From Methanomicrobiales archaeon (GTDB lineage Archaea > Halobacteriota > Methanomicrobia > Methanomicrobiales > Methanospirillaceae): a DNA stretch of 25,111 nt. The notes under the pieces are model-generated. The model made no database searches. It saw nothing but the letters and a program-made list of their open reading frames with translations, and was not told where the DNA came from. The position numbers and the translations under genes are program-made. The stretch's first letter is position 1. Every line of letters begins with the position of its first letter. Positions 1 through 9,757 of the stretch are shown here, piece by piece. Where the stretch lies: positions 1 to 25,111 of the forward strand of contig JBAXJR010000032.1 of NCBI GenBank assembly GCA_037137755.1, given 5' to 3'.

Positions 1-35
1 ACATTTAAACCTTTAAACTGCTGCAAGTAGGTACT

Positions 36-320
36 ATGCCAATCGAGTCACTCAGGGAAGAGATCAACAGGATTGATCGGGAGATTATCCGGCTGATCGC
101 TAAACGCCAGGCGGTAGCCGGAAAAATTGCAAAGGTAAAATTCACCGGGGGCCTACCGGTCCATGACGAGGAACGGGTAAAGGTGGTCCTTGAGTCATCT
201 TTTGATTATGCTGTCGAGCACAAAATCAACCCCGTTCATGTCCAGAGGATTATGTTAATCCTGATCGAAATGAGCGAAGAATGGCAGCGTGGATGTTCGG
301 GGGATGGCAACCTCCCCTGA
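36..320 (+). CDS. Monofunctional chorismate mutase (AroQ/type II)
   Basis: 94 aa with the pattern LREEINRIDREIIRLIAKRQ...IAKVK...PVHDEER...EMSEEWQ, matching the AroQ Arg/Lys/Glu/Gln active-site residues; TTTAAA elements upstream. Confidence 0.9.
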   Translation: MPIESLREEINRIDREIIRLIAKRQAVAGKIAKVKFTGGLPVHDEERVKVVLESSFDYAVEHKINPVHVQRIMLILIEMSEEWQRGCSGDGNLP

Positions 321-375
321 ATACACCCATGATTCACGGTTGGGTTGGGGCAGGTCCACTGACTTCTTTTAAAAA

Positions 376-1548
376 TTATTTGTAAAATACCGTAACCAGC
401 ACAACAATGCCGATGGCAATCATAAGGCACCCCATGGCAAGCCTGACGATTACCCGATTTTGTGAGCGCCATGCCTCAAGACGTTCCGGCGGCAGGCCGA
501 AATAGACAATTGCGAGGATAATAATCAGCGGGGCTACAAAGAGAATATTATAGAGCACCAGAAGTGGCAGCCCCTCCATTATCGTCATCTTCTGCGATAT
601 CAGGGAGATAATTGCGAGGTAGATCCCACCGGTACAGGGGAGCTCGAACATCCCGACAAGGATACCAAGGATAAACGTGGCAGGAAGCGTGGCCTCTTTC
701 ACGTACCGGGTGATTGCGTCCTTCTTTGATTCGGGGATGACAAGCCAGTTCCCCGAGCCACCCTGCAGGGCATCTTTTATCATAACGGCCCCGGCAGCGA
801 ATGCAACGGTCGCAGCAATAAGTGCAAATATGCTCGAAAATCCGGATACCTGTACAAGGGCGAAGAGGCCGAGGCCGGACAGGAAATAAAATATGAATAT
901 TGCCCCGATATAGACAAGTCCGACTTGTAACATCCTCCTTTTTGAACCGATCGACATGATCGATACAAGAAGGAAGACCAGTACTGCAAAGGCACAGGGA
1001 TTAATCCCGTCCACCAGACCGGCTACGATGACCAGGGGTATCGTAAGCTGAGTGGTACCGGATATTTCAAGAGACGGGATGGCCTCCGTTGGCATGGGGA
1101 CCGTAGAGTTCGGGTTCTGTGCAACCTGCACAACAATATCGTCCAGGTGCAACTCGATGTTCTCAATGTCCGTCAGTTCCCATACTCCTACGAATACGGC
1201 GGGCACTGGTGAAAAAGGAACATTATATCGCTTGTTGAACTGCTGGAACAGCTGCTGGTTCGATACATTGTCAATAAGGTCATACGAGCGGATGATCACA
1301 TCAGGGTGGCGTTCCCTAAACCCTTCCATGAACAGAAGGGCCTTCTGGCACTCACCGCACGTCTGCCTGTAAAAGAAATAAACAACCACATGACCCGCGG
1401 GTTCTGATGAGAGGAGGTCCGAGATATTCGTGGCACTCCCGATTGTATCTGAAGGGCCAGGCCCTGGAGAATCGGCGGTTACAATCCCGGATGCAGATAT
1501 GATGAGCACCAGAAGAATTATCGCAAAAAAAGGATATTGTAACCTCAT
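376..1548 (-). CDS. Thioredoxin/glutaredoxin-like domain fused to a CcdA/DsbD-type transmembrane domain
   Basis: N-terminal signal/TM segment, VYFFYRQTCGEC (CxxC) and VPAVFVG cis-Pro motif, then about six hydrophobic segments carrying DGINPCA and ELPCTG cysteines. Confidence 0.85.
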   Translation of the reverse strand: MRLQYPFFAIILLVLIISASGIVTADSPGPGPSDTIGSATNISDLLSSEPAGHVVVYFFYRQTCGECQKALLFMEGFRERHPDVIIRSYDLIDNVSNQQLFQQFNKRYNVPFSPVPAVFVGVWELTDIENIELHLDDIVVQVAQNPNSTVPMPTEAIPSLEISGTTQLTIPLVIVAGLVDGINPCAFAVLVFLLVSIMSIGSKRRMLQVGLVYIGAIFIFYFLSGLGLFALVQVSGFSSIFALIAATVAFAAGAVMIKDALQGGSGNWLVIPESKKDAITRYVKEATLPATFILGILVGMFELPCTGGIYLAIISLISQKMTIMEGLPLLVLYNILFVAPLIIILAIVYFGLPPERLEAWRSQNRVIVRLAMGCLMIAIGIVVLVTVFYK

Positions 1549-1583
1549 GTGACACCTGGGGGCTCTGGAATTGTGATTACCAG

Positions 1584-2498
1584 TTATCTCTTCCCGTCCT
1601 TAATACGCTTATCTCCGTAGGGCACCTTCTTTTCGGTCACCATGGTGCCGATCCCCTCATCGGTGAAAAGCTCAAGGAGAAGGTTATGGCGGATATTACC
1701 ATTCACAATATGTGCAAACCGCACCCCCCTGCTTACGGCATCGATTAACGAGGTCACTTTCGGAATCATGCCTTCGCTGATGACACCCTGTGCCATCATT
1801 TCCTTCGCTTCATCGAGGGCAAGCCTGCGATAGACTGTTGTCCTCTCGCGGTTCATCACGCCATCGACATCCGTCATATTGATTAATTTATAGGCTTTCA
1901 GTGCCACAGCAAGGTCTCCGGCAGCGGTATCTGCGTTGATATTCAGGTTCTGGCCATTCCGGTCTATTGCGATAGGAGCAATCACGGGGATATATTTGTT
2001 ATCGAGAAGGGTGTTGAGTAACGAGGGATCAACCACTTCAATATCCCCGACATGACCAAGGTCAACCTCATGTTCTTTCCCGGCGACGGTGACTTTCTGG
2101 AGGCCCATTTTCTTCGCGATAATCAGGTCCCCGTCGTTTCCCGAGATCCCGACCCCACGGGCACCGGACTTGGCGATCAGCGAGACTATCCCGGTATTGA
2201 TCTTCCCCACCAGCACCATCTGGGCAATTTCAAGGGTTTCCTGGTCTGTGATGCGGAGCCCGGCAACGAATTTAGGTTCTTTCCCCATGGCTTTCATCTT
2301 ATCGGTGATCTCAGGACCTCCGCCGTGCACGAGGACAACCCTGATTCCGACCAGTTGCAGGAGGACGGCGTCCTTTATCGCGTCCTCCAGTACATCCGGG
2401 TCCACCATCGCATGGCCACCCAGCTTGATCACCATCGTCTTTCCATGGAACTGCTGGATATAGGGGAGTGCTTCGGTGAGCACCTCTTCACGTTTCAT
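1584..2498 (-). CDS. argB: Acetylglutamate kinase
   Basis: [58 protein letters not shown]; 4-bp overlap with the argJ stop. Confidence 0.97.
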   Translation of the reverse strand: MKREEVLTEALPYIQQFHGKTMVIKLGGHAMVDPDVLEDAIKDAVLLQLVGIRVVLVHGGGPEITDKMKAMGKEPKFVAGLRITDQETLEIAQMVLVGKINTGIVSLIAKSGARGVGISGNDGDLIIAKKMGLQKVTVAGKEHEVDLGHVGDIEVVDPSLLNTLLDNKYIPVIAPIAIDRNGQNLNINADTAAGDLAVALKAYKLINMTDVDGVMNRERTTVYRRLALDEAKEMMAQGVISEGMIPKVTSLIDAVSRGVRFAHIVNGNIRHNLLLELFTDEGIGTMVTEKKVPYGDKRIKDGKR

Positions 2499-3646
2499 GT
2501 CGTATACCTCCCGTTGATCTCGACATATTTTTCCGTCAGGTCACAACCCCATGCAGTTGCCGTCCCGTCACCTGCATCAAGGTCAAGTTCGAATATGACC
2601 TTTTTCCCTGCCATCAGGGATTTGGCAAGTGCAAGGTCAACAACTATCTCGCCGGACCTGACAAGTTCCGCACGACCGGACCCGTCCGAGATCCAGAGTG
2701 AGACCGCGTACGGGTCAAACCTGACACCCGAGCGCCCGGCCGCAGCAACCACCCGGCCCCAGTTCGGGTCCTGCCCGTAGACGGCTGTCTTAACAAGCGG
2801 GGATGCTATGATAGTCTTTGCCACTGCTGAGGCTGATTCTTCAGACGGTGCACCCGTGACGGTGACTTCGAGCAATTTCGTCGCTCCTTCACCATCGATA
2901 GCGATCTGCATAGCAAGGGATCGGCAGCATTCTTCAAGTGCCTTCTGGAACTCCTGCTGGTTAACACGGCCCCGTAACCCCGTCGATGTGCAGAGTGCGA
3001 TATCGTTGGTACTCTCATCGCCGTCCACTACGACCCGGTTGAATGTCCGCTTCACCGCCAGTTTTAATGATGCCTGGAGGTCAACGGCACTGACTTCAGC
3101 GTCAGTATAAATAAACGCAAGCATGGTACCCATGTTAGGCGCAATCATCCCGCTTCCTTTCGTTATCCCGCCAACCGAGAATGTTTCCCTCTGGATGAGG
3201 GCATGCTTCTCAAATAAATCGGTGGTCATGATCCCCTTCGCCGCCTGTATTTCGGCTGATGCACTGCGTTCAAGACGCGGGGCGACCTCCTTCGCCTGCC
3301 GCGCGATCAGGGGGATATCGAGGTAGCGTCCGATTACCCCGGTGCTTGCAACACCAATCCTGGTGGCGTCCAGGCCCAGTTCTCCTGCGGCAATCTCTGC
3401 CATTTTCACAGCGTCCTGGTACCCGCGGTCACCTGTATACGCATTGGCACAACCGCTGTTCGCTATCACAGCCCCTAGTTTTCCCCTGGCAATCCGCTCC
3501 TGCATCAGGACAACCGGGGGGGCCTTCATTATGTTTGAAGTGAAAACTCCGGCTGCATTCCCTTCTGCCTGGATCAGGGTAAGGCCATATTTTCCTTCCT
3601 TTACCCCGGCAGCTTTCACTCCTTCGACACCACAGATACTCTTCAT
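2495..3646 (-). CDS. argJ: Ornithine acetyltransferase / N-acetylglutamate synthase
   Basis: [35 protein letters not shown] (autoproteolysis Thr), [36 protein letters not shown]. Confidence 0.97.
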   Translation of the reverse strand: MKSICGVEGVKAAGVKEGKYGLTLIQAEGNAAGVFTSNIMKAPPVVLMQERIARGKLGAVIANSGCANAYTGDRGYQDAVKMAEIAAGELGLDATRIGVASTGVIGRYLDIPLIARQAKEVAPRLERSASAEIQAAKGIMTTDLFEKHALIQRETFSVGGITKGSGMIAPNMGTMLAFIYTDAEVSAVDLQASLKLAVKRTFNRVVVDGDESTNDIALCTSTGLRGRVNQQEFQKALEECCRSLAMQIAIDGEGATKLLEVTVTGAPSEESASAVAKTIIASPLVKTAVYGQDPNWGRVVAAAGRSGVRFDPYAVSLWISDGSGRAELVRSGEIVVDLALAKSLMAGKKVIFELDLDAGDGTATAWGCDLTEKYVEINGRYTT

Positions 3647-3666
3647 CCCGAAGTCCCTCCCGGAAT

Positions 3667-4152
3667 TTACCGGTCAGCCCCTTCGAAGGTGCTCCCTATC
3701 CCCTGGACAATATCGGTGTGGGTGATAATGCCGACGAGCTTCCGGTCGTCCAGCACAGGAAGACGTGCGATTTGCTCCTTGTGCATCACTGCTGCGGCTT
3801 CCTCGATGTCCCCATCTGCATGGATCGTTATTGCCGGGTGACCCATGATGGTGCCGACTTTTTGATCGCCGATATGGGTCAGCGCCTTCTTTGTCTTCTC
3901 CCAGTTTATCATTTCGCGGATGGGGACTTCGATGATTTCCAGCGGAGACGGGAGCCACAGGTCATCTGATATCTGGCCGGTCTCCAAAAGATTTACAATA
4001 TCCGTGTCGGTTACCATCCCGACAAGCACATCGTCATCCATTACCGGCAGGCCACCGATACGGTTCTTTTTCAGCAATCCTGCTGCCTGCCGGACGGTAT
4101 CATTGACAGATACGACGACCGGGTTTTTTGTCATAACTTCTGAAACGTTCAT
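3667..4152 (-). CDS. CBS-pair (Bateman) domain protein
   Basis: Two CBS repeats: VSEVMTKNPV...IGGLPVMDDDVLVGMVTDTD and VGTIM...IARLPVLDDRKLVGIITHTD; GGTGA RBS upstream. Confidence 0.93.
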   Translation of the reverse strand: MNVSEVMTKNPVVVSVNDTVRQAAGLLKKNRIGGLPVMDDDVLVGMVTDTDIVNLLETGQISDDLWLPSPLEIIEVPIREMINWEKTKKALTHIGDQKVGTIMGHPAITIHADGDIEEAAAVMHKEQIARLPVLDDRKLVGIITHTDIVQGIGSTFEGADR

Positions 4153-4164
4153 TTTTATTTCACC

Positions 4165-5151
4165 TCAGGGGAACATGCCTGCCCCGCGGAGCCCGTCATT
4201 CTCGACGAAGCCGCACATAATATTCATATTCTGTATTGCCTGGCCACTTGCACCCTTGACGAGATTATCAATTGCCGATACGGCCACGACCCGTTCACCT
4301 TCGCTTTCAACCATGATATCACAGAAGTTTGATCCCCTGACAGTCGCGAGCATCGGTTTCTGGTGCCTGATGAAGTATTCACCCTTGTAGAAGTCGTGAT
4401 AACACTTTTCAACTTCTTCCTGCCCCATGGGCTCTTTGAGGAGGATATGGGCGGTTGTCAGTATACCCCGGGTGACCGGGACCAGGTGGGGTGTGAAATA
4501 CACCTTTGCAGCGGAACCAAGACGTGAGATTTCCATGCGCATCTCTGCAAGGTGCCGGTGCGAGGTCCATTTGTAAGGGCTGATATTGTCAGCGACATTA
4601 GGATAATGTGTCGTTGCCGACGGGTTATCCCCGGCCCCACTGACACCGGTCTTCGAATCATAGATAATCGTGTGGGCACGACCTGCAAGAGGTGCTGCAG
4701 CCAGTGTCGCTCCTGTCGGGAAACAGCCGGGATTGGAAACAAACCGGGCAGGACCACATGCATCACGGTGGAGTTCCGGGATCCCGTACGGGCACTCGAA
4801 ATACGCGGTATGGGGGACTTCATAGACCTTCTCGTAAACATCTTTCGGGAGCCTGTAATCCGCACTCAGGTCGACAATTTTGATCCCGCGGTCGAGCAGC
4901 GGGGCGGCATAGCTCATCGCCGCGGTGTGGGGCACCGCAAGAAATGCAAAATCTGCATCAATCTCTTCGGCAGAAGGATTTTCAAACAGGAGGTCAATCC
5001 CCCCTTTCAGGTGGGGATGTTCTTTCACAACGGGCGTTCCCGCAAGTTTGCGCGAGGTTGCACAGGTGACTTCTGCGGATGAGTGCATCAGGAGGAGACG
5101 GATCAGCTCTCCACCGGTATATCCCGAGGCACCGATAATCGCAACTTTCAT
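4165..5151 (-). CDS. argC: N-acetyl-gamma-glutamyl-phosphate reductase
   Basis: [33 protein letters not shown] (catalytic Cys), [28 protein letters not shown]. Confidence 0.97.
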   Translation of the reverse strand: MKVAIIGASGYTGGELIRLLLMHSSAEVTCATSRKLAGTPVVKEHPHLKGGIDLLFENPSAEEIDADFAFLAVPHTAAMSYAAPLLDRGIKIVDLSADYRLPKDVYEKVYEVPHTAYFECPYGIPELHRDACGPARFVSNPGCFPTGATLAAAPLAGRAHTIIYDSKTGVSGAGDNPSATTHYPNVADNISPYKWTSHRHLAEMRMEISRLGSAAKVYFTPHLVPVTRGILTTAHILLKEPMGQEEVEKCYHDFYKGEYFIRHQKPMLATVRGSNFCDIMVESEGERVVAVSAIDNLVKGASGQAIQNMNIMCGFVENDGLRGAGMFP

Positions 5152-5172
5152 ACCATAAATATTCTATTGCAA

Positions 5173-5189
5173 AAACTTAATGCTTTTCA
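5173..5189 (-). promoter_or_regulatory. Putative BRE/TATA promoter of the arg operon (near-leaderless transcript)
   Basis: Minus strand reads TGAAAAGCATTAAGTTT, with the TATA-like part centred about 27 bp upstream of the argC ATG; no strong RBS. Confidence 0.45.
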
Positions 5190-5375
5190 GGGAACGCGTT
5201 TGCAATCCTGTTTAAATCAGGGAGTTTTTGAAAATAACGATAATTAATGGTAAATCTGGAGGCAGGCCGGGTCATCATTTTTACGGTGGCCCTCTAACCC
5301 CGCATCAGGGTTTATTCACCATTACACCTATTTACTAAGTCGTGGGATGACCACGGGGACGTCAGATTAATAAAA

Positions 5376-5383
5376 TTTAAATA
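5376..5383 (+). promoter_or_regulatory. Putative TATA box for acs
   Basis: TTTAAATA preceded by an A-rich run; GGTGA RBS at 5414-5418 before ATG 5423. Confidence 0.5.
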
Positions 5384-5422
5384 GGTATTTATCATGATTA
5401 ATAATGTAAAATCGGTGAGTAA

Positions 5423-7318
5423 ATGACCGAGGACTTCGATGTAAAACTCGTCGAGGATGTCAAGTCTTATACACCTGACCCTCACTACAAAAAGAATTCC
5501 TGGCTGGGCGACTACCAGACTGCATATAATGAATTCCTGAAAGATCAGGATGCATTCTGGAGTAAGATGGCCCATGAACTCGAGTGGATCCAGCCTTGGG
5601 ACAAGGTCAAGGAACTGGACTACCCGTACGCGAAGTGGTTTACCAACGCCAAGTTGAACATCTCGGCAAACTGCCTAGACCGTCACGCCTCCGGGAACCG
5701 GCGTAACAAGGCCGCACTGATATGGAGAGGAGAAAACGGTGCTGAAAAGATTTACACCTACCAGCAGTTGCTCTCCGCCGTAATGCGGTTTGCAAATGCG
5801 CTGAAGAAAATCGGTGTAGAGAAAGGGGACCGGGTCTGTATCTACATGCCGCTCGTCCCGGAACAGGTCATTGCGATGCTCGCATGCGCCCGGATCGGTG
5901 CAGTCCATAGTGTAGTGTTTGGTGGATTTGGTGCAGCCGCACTCAACATGCGGATACAGGACGCAGCGGCAAAAGTCGTTATCACCGCTGATGTCAGTAT
6001 CAGGCGTGGAAAGGTCATCCAGCTGAAATCAATCGTGGAAGAAGCCATTATTAACTCATCTTCCGTTGAGCACGTAGTCGTCCTCCGACGGCAGAGCCCG
6101 CAGGTAGAACTGCGCCCGAACCTAGAGCTGGACTTCTACGACCTGATGAAGGGAGTGCCGGCAGACTGCAGGCCTGAAGTGATGGATGCAGAGGACATCC
6201 TTTTCACCCTGTATACGAGCGGGTCAACAGGAAAGCCAAAAGGAATTGTTCACACCTGTGGCGGCTACATGGTAGGGACTTACTACACCAGCAAATACGT
6301 GTTTGATATCAAGGACAGCGATATATTCTGGTGCACAGCGGACCCAGGCTGGATCACCGGCCACAGTTATATCGTCTACGGACCGCTCGCGGTCGGGGCA
6401 ACGGTATTTATCTCAGAACTGACCCCTGATTACCCTGATGCCGGGAGTTACTGGTCACTCATCGAAGAGCAGAAGATCACGATCTTCTATACCGCTCCGA
6501 CCGCAATCCGGATGTTCATGAAGATGGGCGAGACCTGGCCGGATAAATATGACCTGAGCTCGTTACGCATAATCGGGTCGGTCGGGGAGCCACTGAACCC
6601 CGAAGCATTCGAATGGTATTACCAGGTAATCGGGAAGAAAAAGTGCCCGATCCTCGACACGTGGTGGCAGACGGAGACAGGGATGCACATGATTACCACC
6701 ATGCTCGGCGAGCCGATGCGCCCGGGTTTCGCGGGTCTGCCAATCCCAGGTATAGAAGCAGACGTTGTCGATAAAGACGGTAATTCTGTTAAGCCCGGGA
6801 CCGGCGGGTTCCTCGTAGTCAAGGCACCATGGCCTTCAATGCTCAGGACGGTCTACGGAGATGACGACCGATACAGGAAATACTGGTATACCATTGACGG
6901 GGTCTATACCGTCGGCGATCTTGCAGTTAAGGGAAAAGACGGCTATATCATGATCCTTGGCAGGTCTGATGACATCATTATCGTCGCAGGCCACAATATC
7001 GGAACTGCCGAAGTGGAAAGTGCCCTCGTTTCCCACCACGCGGTTGCAGAATCCGCAGTGATCGGAAAACCAGATTTCGTCAAGGGAAATTCTATCAAAG
7101 CCTTTGTAATCCTCAGAGTCGGGCACGATCCAAGTGATAAGCTGAGGCAGGACCTGATGTATCATGTACGGATGACGATCGGCCCGATCGCGGTGCCCCA
7201 GGAGATCGAATTCGTGGATAAACTTCCAAAAACCCGTAGTGGCAAGATCATGCGACGGGTGCTCAAGGCAAAAGAGATGGGTATCGACCCCGGTGATGTC
7301 TCAACACTTGACGAGTAA
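5423..7318 (+). CDS. acs: AMP-forming acetyl-CoA synthetase
   Basis: LYTSGSTGKPKG, WCTADPGWITGHSY, SVGEPLNPE, DTWWQTETG, GRSDD and LPKTRSGKIMRR (acetylatable Lys); 631 aa. Confidence 0.97.
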   Translation: MTEDFDVKLVEDVKSYTPDPHYKKNSWLGDYQTAYNEFLKDQDAFWSKMAHELEWIQPWDKVKELDYPYAKWFTNAKLNISANCLDRHASGNRRNKAALIWRGENGAEKIYTYQQLLSAVMRFANALKKIGVEKGDRVCIYMPLVPEQVIAMLACARIGAVHSVVFGGFGAAALNMRIQDAAAKVVITADVSIRRGKVIQLKSIVEEAIINSSSVEHVVVLRRQSPQVELRPNLELDFYDLMKGVPADCRPEVMDAEDILFTLYTSGSTGKPKGIVHTCGGYMVGTYYTSKYVFDIKDSDIFWCTADPGWITGHSYIVYGPLAVGATVFISELTPDYPDAGSYWSLIEEQKITIFYTAPTAIRMFMKMGETWPDKYDLSSLRIIGSVGEPLNPEAFEWYYQVIGKKKCPILDTWWQTETGMHMITTMLGEPMRPGFAGLPIPGIEADVVDKDGNSVKPGTGGFLVVKAPWPSMLRTVYGDDDRYRKYWYTIDGVYTVGDLAVKGKDGYIMILGRSDDIIIVAGHNIGTAEVESALVSHHAVAESAVIGKPDFVKGNSIKAFVILRVGHDPSDKLRQDLMYHVRMTIGPIAVPQEIEFVDKLPKTRSGKIMRRVLKAKEMGIDPGDVSTLDE

Positions 7319-7392
7319 CAATTTAAACAATTTTTTAGGGACCAGATATATCAGGACTAAAAAAAACTATGTCATTAACGGAGGATCGGAAT

Positions 7393-8655
7393 ATGAGTGA
7401 GACTTCAATAGACAAAATCATGGGAATGGATGCTGAAAAAGGACGCTGGGTCCTTGTGTTCCTTGGATTGGTGATCAACCTCTGTCTTGGATCAATTTAT
7501 TCATGGAGCGTGTTCGTTGCACCTCTTACAGCATATTTCACGACGCTTGGCCAGACAGTTACTGCAAATGAGATCCTGCTGCCGTTTTCCGTTTTCCTCG
7601 CGTTTTTTGCGATAGCGATGCCTCTGACAGGTAAGTACATCGAGCAACTGGGCCCGAGGAACGTGGTGATTATCGGCGGGTGCCTTACCGGACTCGGATG
7701 GCTTCTCTCTTCATTCGCAGGTTCAGTCCAGTGGCTGTACATCTTCTACGGTGTGATTGCCGGAACAGGTGTCGGGATTGCATACGGCGTACCCGTTGCT
7801 GTTGCGGCCCGCTGGTTCCCAGACCGGCGGGGTCTTGCAGTTGGCCTTACCCTGCTGGGTTTCGGGTTTTCGGCACTCATTACTGCAAATATCGCAGGGT
7901 ACCTCATCGGGGCTTCGGGTGTGATGAACACCTTCAGAGTCTTCGGGATTGTATTCATCGTCCTGATTTTCGTCCTGGCATTACCCCTCAAATTTCCAAA
8001 AGCAGGGTGGAAGCCAGCCGGGTGGATACCACCGCCACCAAAGCCCGGTCAGGCAGTTACCTGCGAACTCAACCGGGGACAGATGCTCCGTACCCGTGCA
8101 TTTTATGCACTCTGGGCCTGTTATTTCATTGGCTGCCTCGCAGGGCTGATGGCAATCGGAATTGCCAAGCCTGTCGGCACCGATATCGGCGTGGCGACAG
8201 GACTCGCAACCATGCTGGTGGGAGTCTTCGCGGTCTTCAATGGTTTCGGGCGTCCCGGGTTTGGTCTGCTGACCGACCGGATCTCACCGCGGAATACGGC
8301 AATGGTATCTTTCGCCCTTATCGCCTTTGCCGCGGTCCTTCTCTGGCAGGTCCCGACTGTCCCGGTCTACATCCTTGGGTTCATCATCCTGTGGGGATGC
8401 CTTGGAGGATGGCTTGCCATTGCACCAACAGCTTGTGGCAGTTATTTTGGCACCTGCGATTATCCTAGGTGTTATGGTGTGCTGTTCCTGGCTTATGGTG
8501 CGGGAGGTATTGTCGGACCCCAGCTTGCCGGGTTTATCAAGACCTCTTCCGGGTCGTACCTCGGGGTATTCCCCTATGTCCTGGTACTTGCAGTCATTGG
8601 ACTCGTAATCGCGTTCACGATGCTGAAGCCCCCAAAGGCTCCGGCACCAGAGTAA
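7393..8655 (+). CDS. MFS transporter, oxalate/formate antiporter (OFA) family
   Basis: About 12 TM segments; LGSIYSWSVF, RWFPDRRGLAVG, NGFGR..FG.LTDRI. Start moved from 7369 to ATG 7393 because GGAGGA lies just upstream of it. Confidence 0.88.
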   Translation: MSETSIDKIMGMDAEKGRWVLVFLGLVINLCLGSIYSWSVFVAPLTAYFTTLGQTVTANEILLPFSVFLAFFAIAMPLTGKYIEQLGPRNVVIIGGCLTGLGWLLSSFAGSVQWLYIFYGVIAGTGVGIAYGVPVAVAARWFPDRRGLAVGLTLLGFGFSALITANIAGYLIGASGVMNTFRVFGIVFIVLIFVLALPLKFPKAGWKPAGWIPPPPKPGQAVTCELNRGQMLRTRAFYALWACYFIGCLAGLMAIGIAKPVGTDIGVATGLATMLVGVFAVFNGFGRPGFGLLTDRISPRNTAMVSFALIAFAAVLLWQVPTVPVYILGFIILWGCLGGWLAIAPTACGSYFGTCDYPRCYGVLFLAYGAGGIVGPQLAGFIKTSSGSYLGVFPYVLVLAVIGLVIAFTMLKPPKAPAPE

Positions 8656-8661
8656 TTTTTT
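8656..8661 (+). terminator. Possible archaeal oligo-T terminator
   Basis: T6 tract immediately after the MFS stop codon. Confidence 0.35.
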
Positions 8662-8696
8662 AGATTGCCAACCTGAAAAGCAGGCATTTTTAAAAA

Positions 8697-8903
8697 CGCA
8701 GGATTGAGAAATGGACTCTGTCGAAATCCTGCGAATAATAAAAATAGTTAACAGAACTGCATCGACAGGAGGGGGTTTACCCCTCCCTGCCACCTTTAGG
8801 ATAAACTTTCGGGCAGGGTTCCCAAAGGCTGATTAAAAGTTAAGAGTTTTTGGGGAGCGTCGCTATCCCAACCAGGGTCGAATCAGTGGCGGGGCATAGC
8901 CCC
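8697..8903. repeat. Cluster of inverted repeats; possible MITE/REP-like element or structured RNA
   Basis: CGCAGGATT(8697-8705)/AATCCTGCG(8725-8733); GGAGGGG-GTTTA-CCCCTCC (8768-8786); TGGGGAGCGTCGCTATCCCA (8851-8870); GGGGC-ATA-GCCCC (8891-8903); CTGATT(8829-8834)/AATCAG(8881-8886). Confidence 0.5.
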
Positions 8904-9131
8904 GGGAGAGTTGGAAAATTAAGGAATGGTCCGAATTCGGTAAGAACATATTAGAGCATTTCCAATGTAAATGTGTGAACGAACCCCAATGAAGAGATTT
9001 TGAAAGGGAATTTTCACAGTTCGGTGTGAACTTCCGTTTCATGTGTGCTTCTTCAGAGCCAGAAAATGAAACCTTTATATTACTCAAATAGGCGGGTTGC
9101 TAATGGAACGCCATCCCGAAAAATAAGATGA

Positions 9132-9734
9132 TTATTGTTTCCAGAGCATCATAAGCCCGTTTTCTATGATCTCATCCTGTGATAACCCGGTACATCCGGA
9201 TTCTATAAGGGTTAAAATGCCATTCAGGATCCGAGAAAGCATTACTGCATAAAATTCCAGGGGCAGGTCCTGTAATATCCCTTCGCGGACAGCGGAATTA
9301 CTCAGTTCTATCATCCAGGTAAAATCATCAAAGGCCTGCTGCTTTACCTCTTCCCTGATGCCGGGGGAGTTGCAAACCTGGTCGAGGAATCGTGCCTTAC
9401 CCTGGTTTGCCACACCCCACGCGATATACCCACGCAGACACTGCTCAAGACGCTGTTTTGTGGGGAGCGTACGGTCATCGTTCCTGTGGATAACCTCTGC
9501 CAGCTCCTTCTTGATCGAGAGATACAACTGGTCAACGAGGTAGTTCTTATCCGGAAAATAGTGGAACAGCGTCCCGGTTGAGACCCCGGCCTCTTTGCTG
9601 ATCTGCGCAGTCGGGGTCCCGTCCACACCCTGCGTGGTAAAGAGCTTAAGCGCCGTTACAAGTATCTTTTCTCGGTTTCCGGATGAGGTCCCAACAGGGT
9701 CATCCGTTGATTTGCAGGTTTTACGGGGGTTCAT
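9132..9734 (-). CDS. TetR/AcrR-family transcriptional regulator
   Basis: REKILVTALKLFTTQGVDGTPTAQISKEAGVSTGTLFHYFPDK is a TetR HTH; 200 aa. Confidence 0.95.
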   Translation of the reverse strand: MNPRKTCKSTDDPVGTSSGNREKILVTALKLFTTQGVDGTPTAQISKEAGVSTGTLFHYFPDKNYLVDQLYLSIKKELAEVIHRNDDRTLPTKQRLEQCLRGYIAWGVANQGKARFLDQVCNSPGIREEVKQQAFDDFTWMIELSNSAVREGILQDLPLEFYAVMLSRILNGILTLIESGCTGLSQDEIIENGLMMLWKQ

Positions 9735-9757
9735 TTGTTATTAAGAACTAATTTTGG

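Noticed and set aside
2052-2780. 242-aa plus-strand ORF
   Set aside because: Antisense shadow of argB/argJ with no recognisable motif.
7680-8468. 262-aa Arg/Cys-rich alternative-frame ORF
   Set aside because: Lies wholly within the MFS gene; its composition is what an off-frame read of hydrophobic codons gives.
8863-9087. 74-aa minus-strand ORF in the long spacer
   Set aside because: TTG start, no motif, and it runs through the hairpin cluster; coding status unsupported.
8951-9116. TAGAGCATTTCCAA resembling an IS/MITE terminal repeat
   Set aside because: No convincing partner inverted repeat or target duplication in the window; only a weak TTCCA/TGGAA match near 9105.
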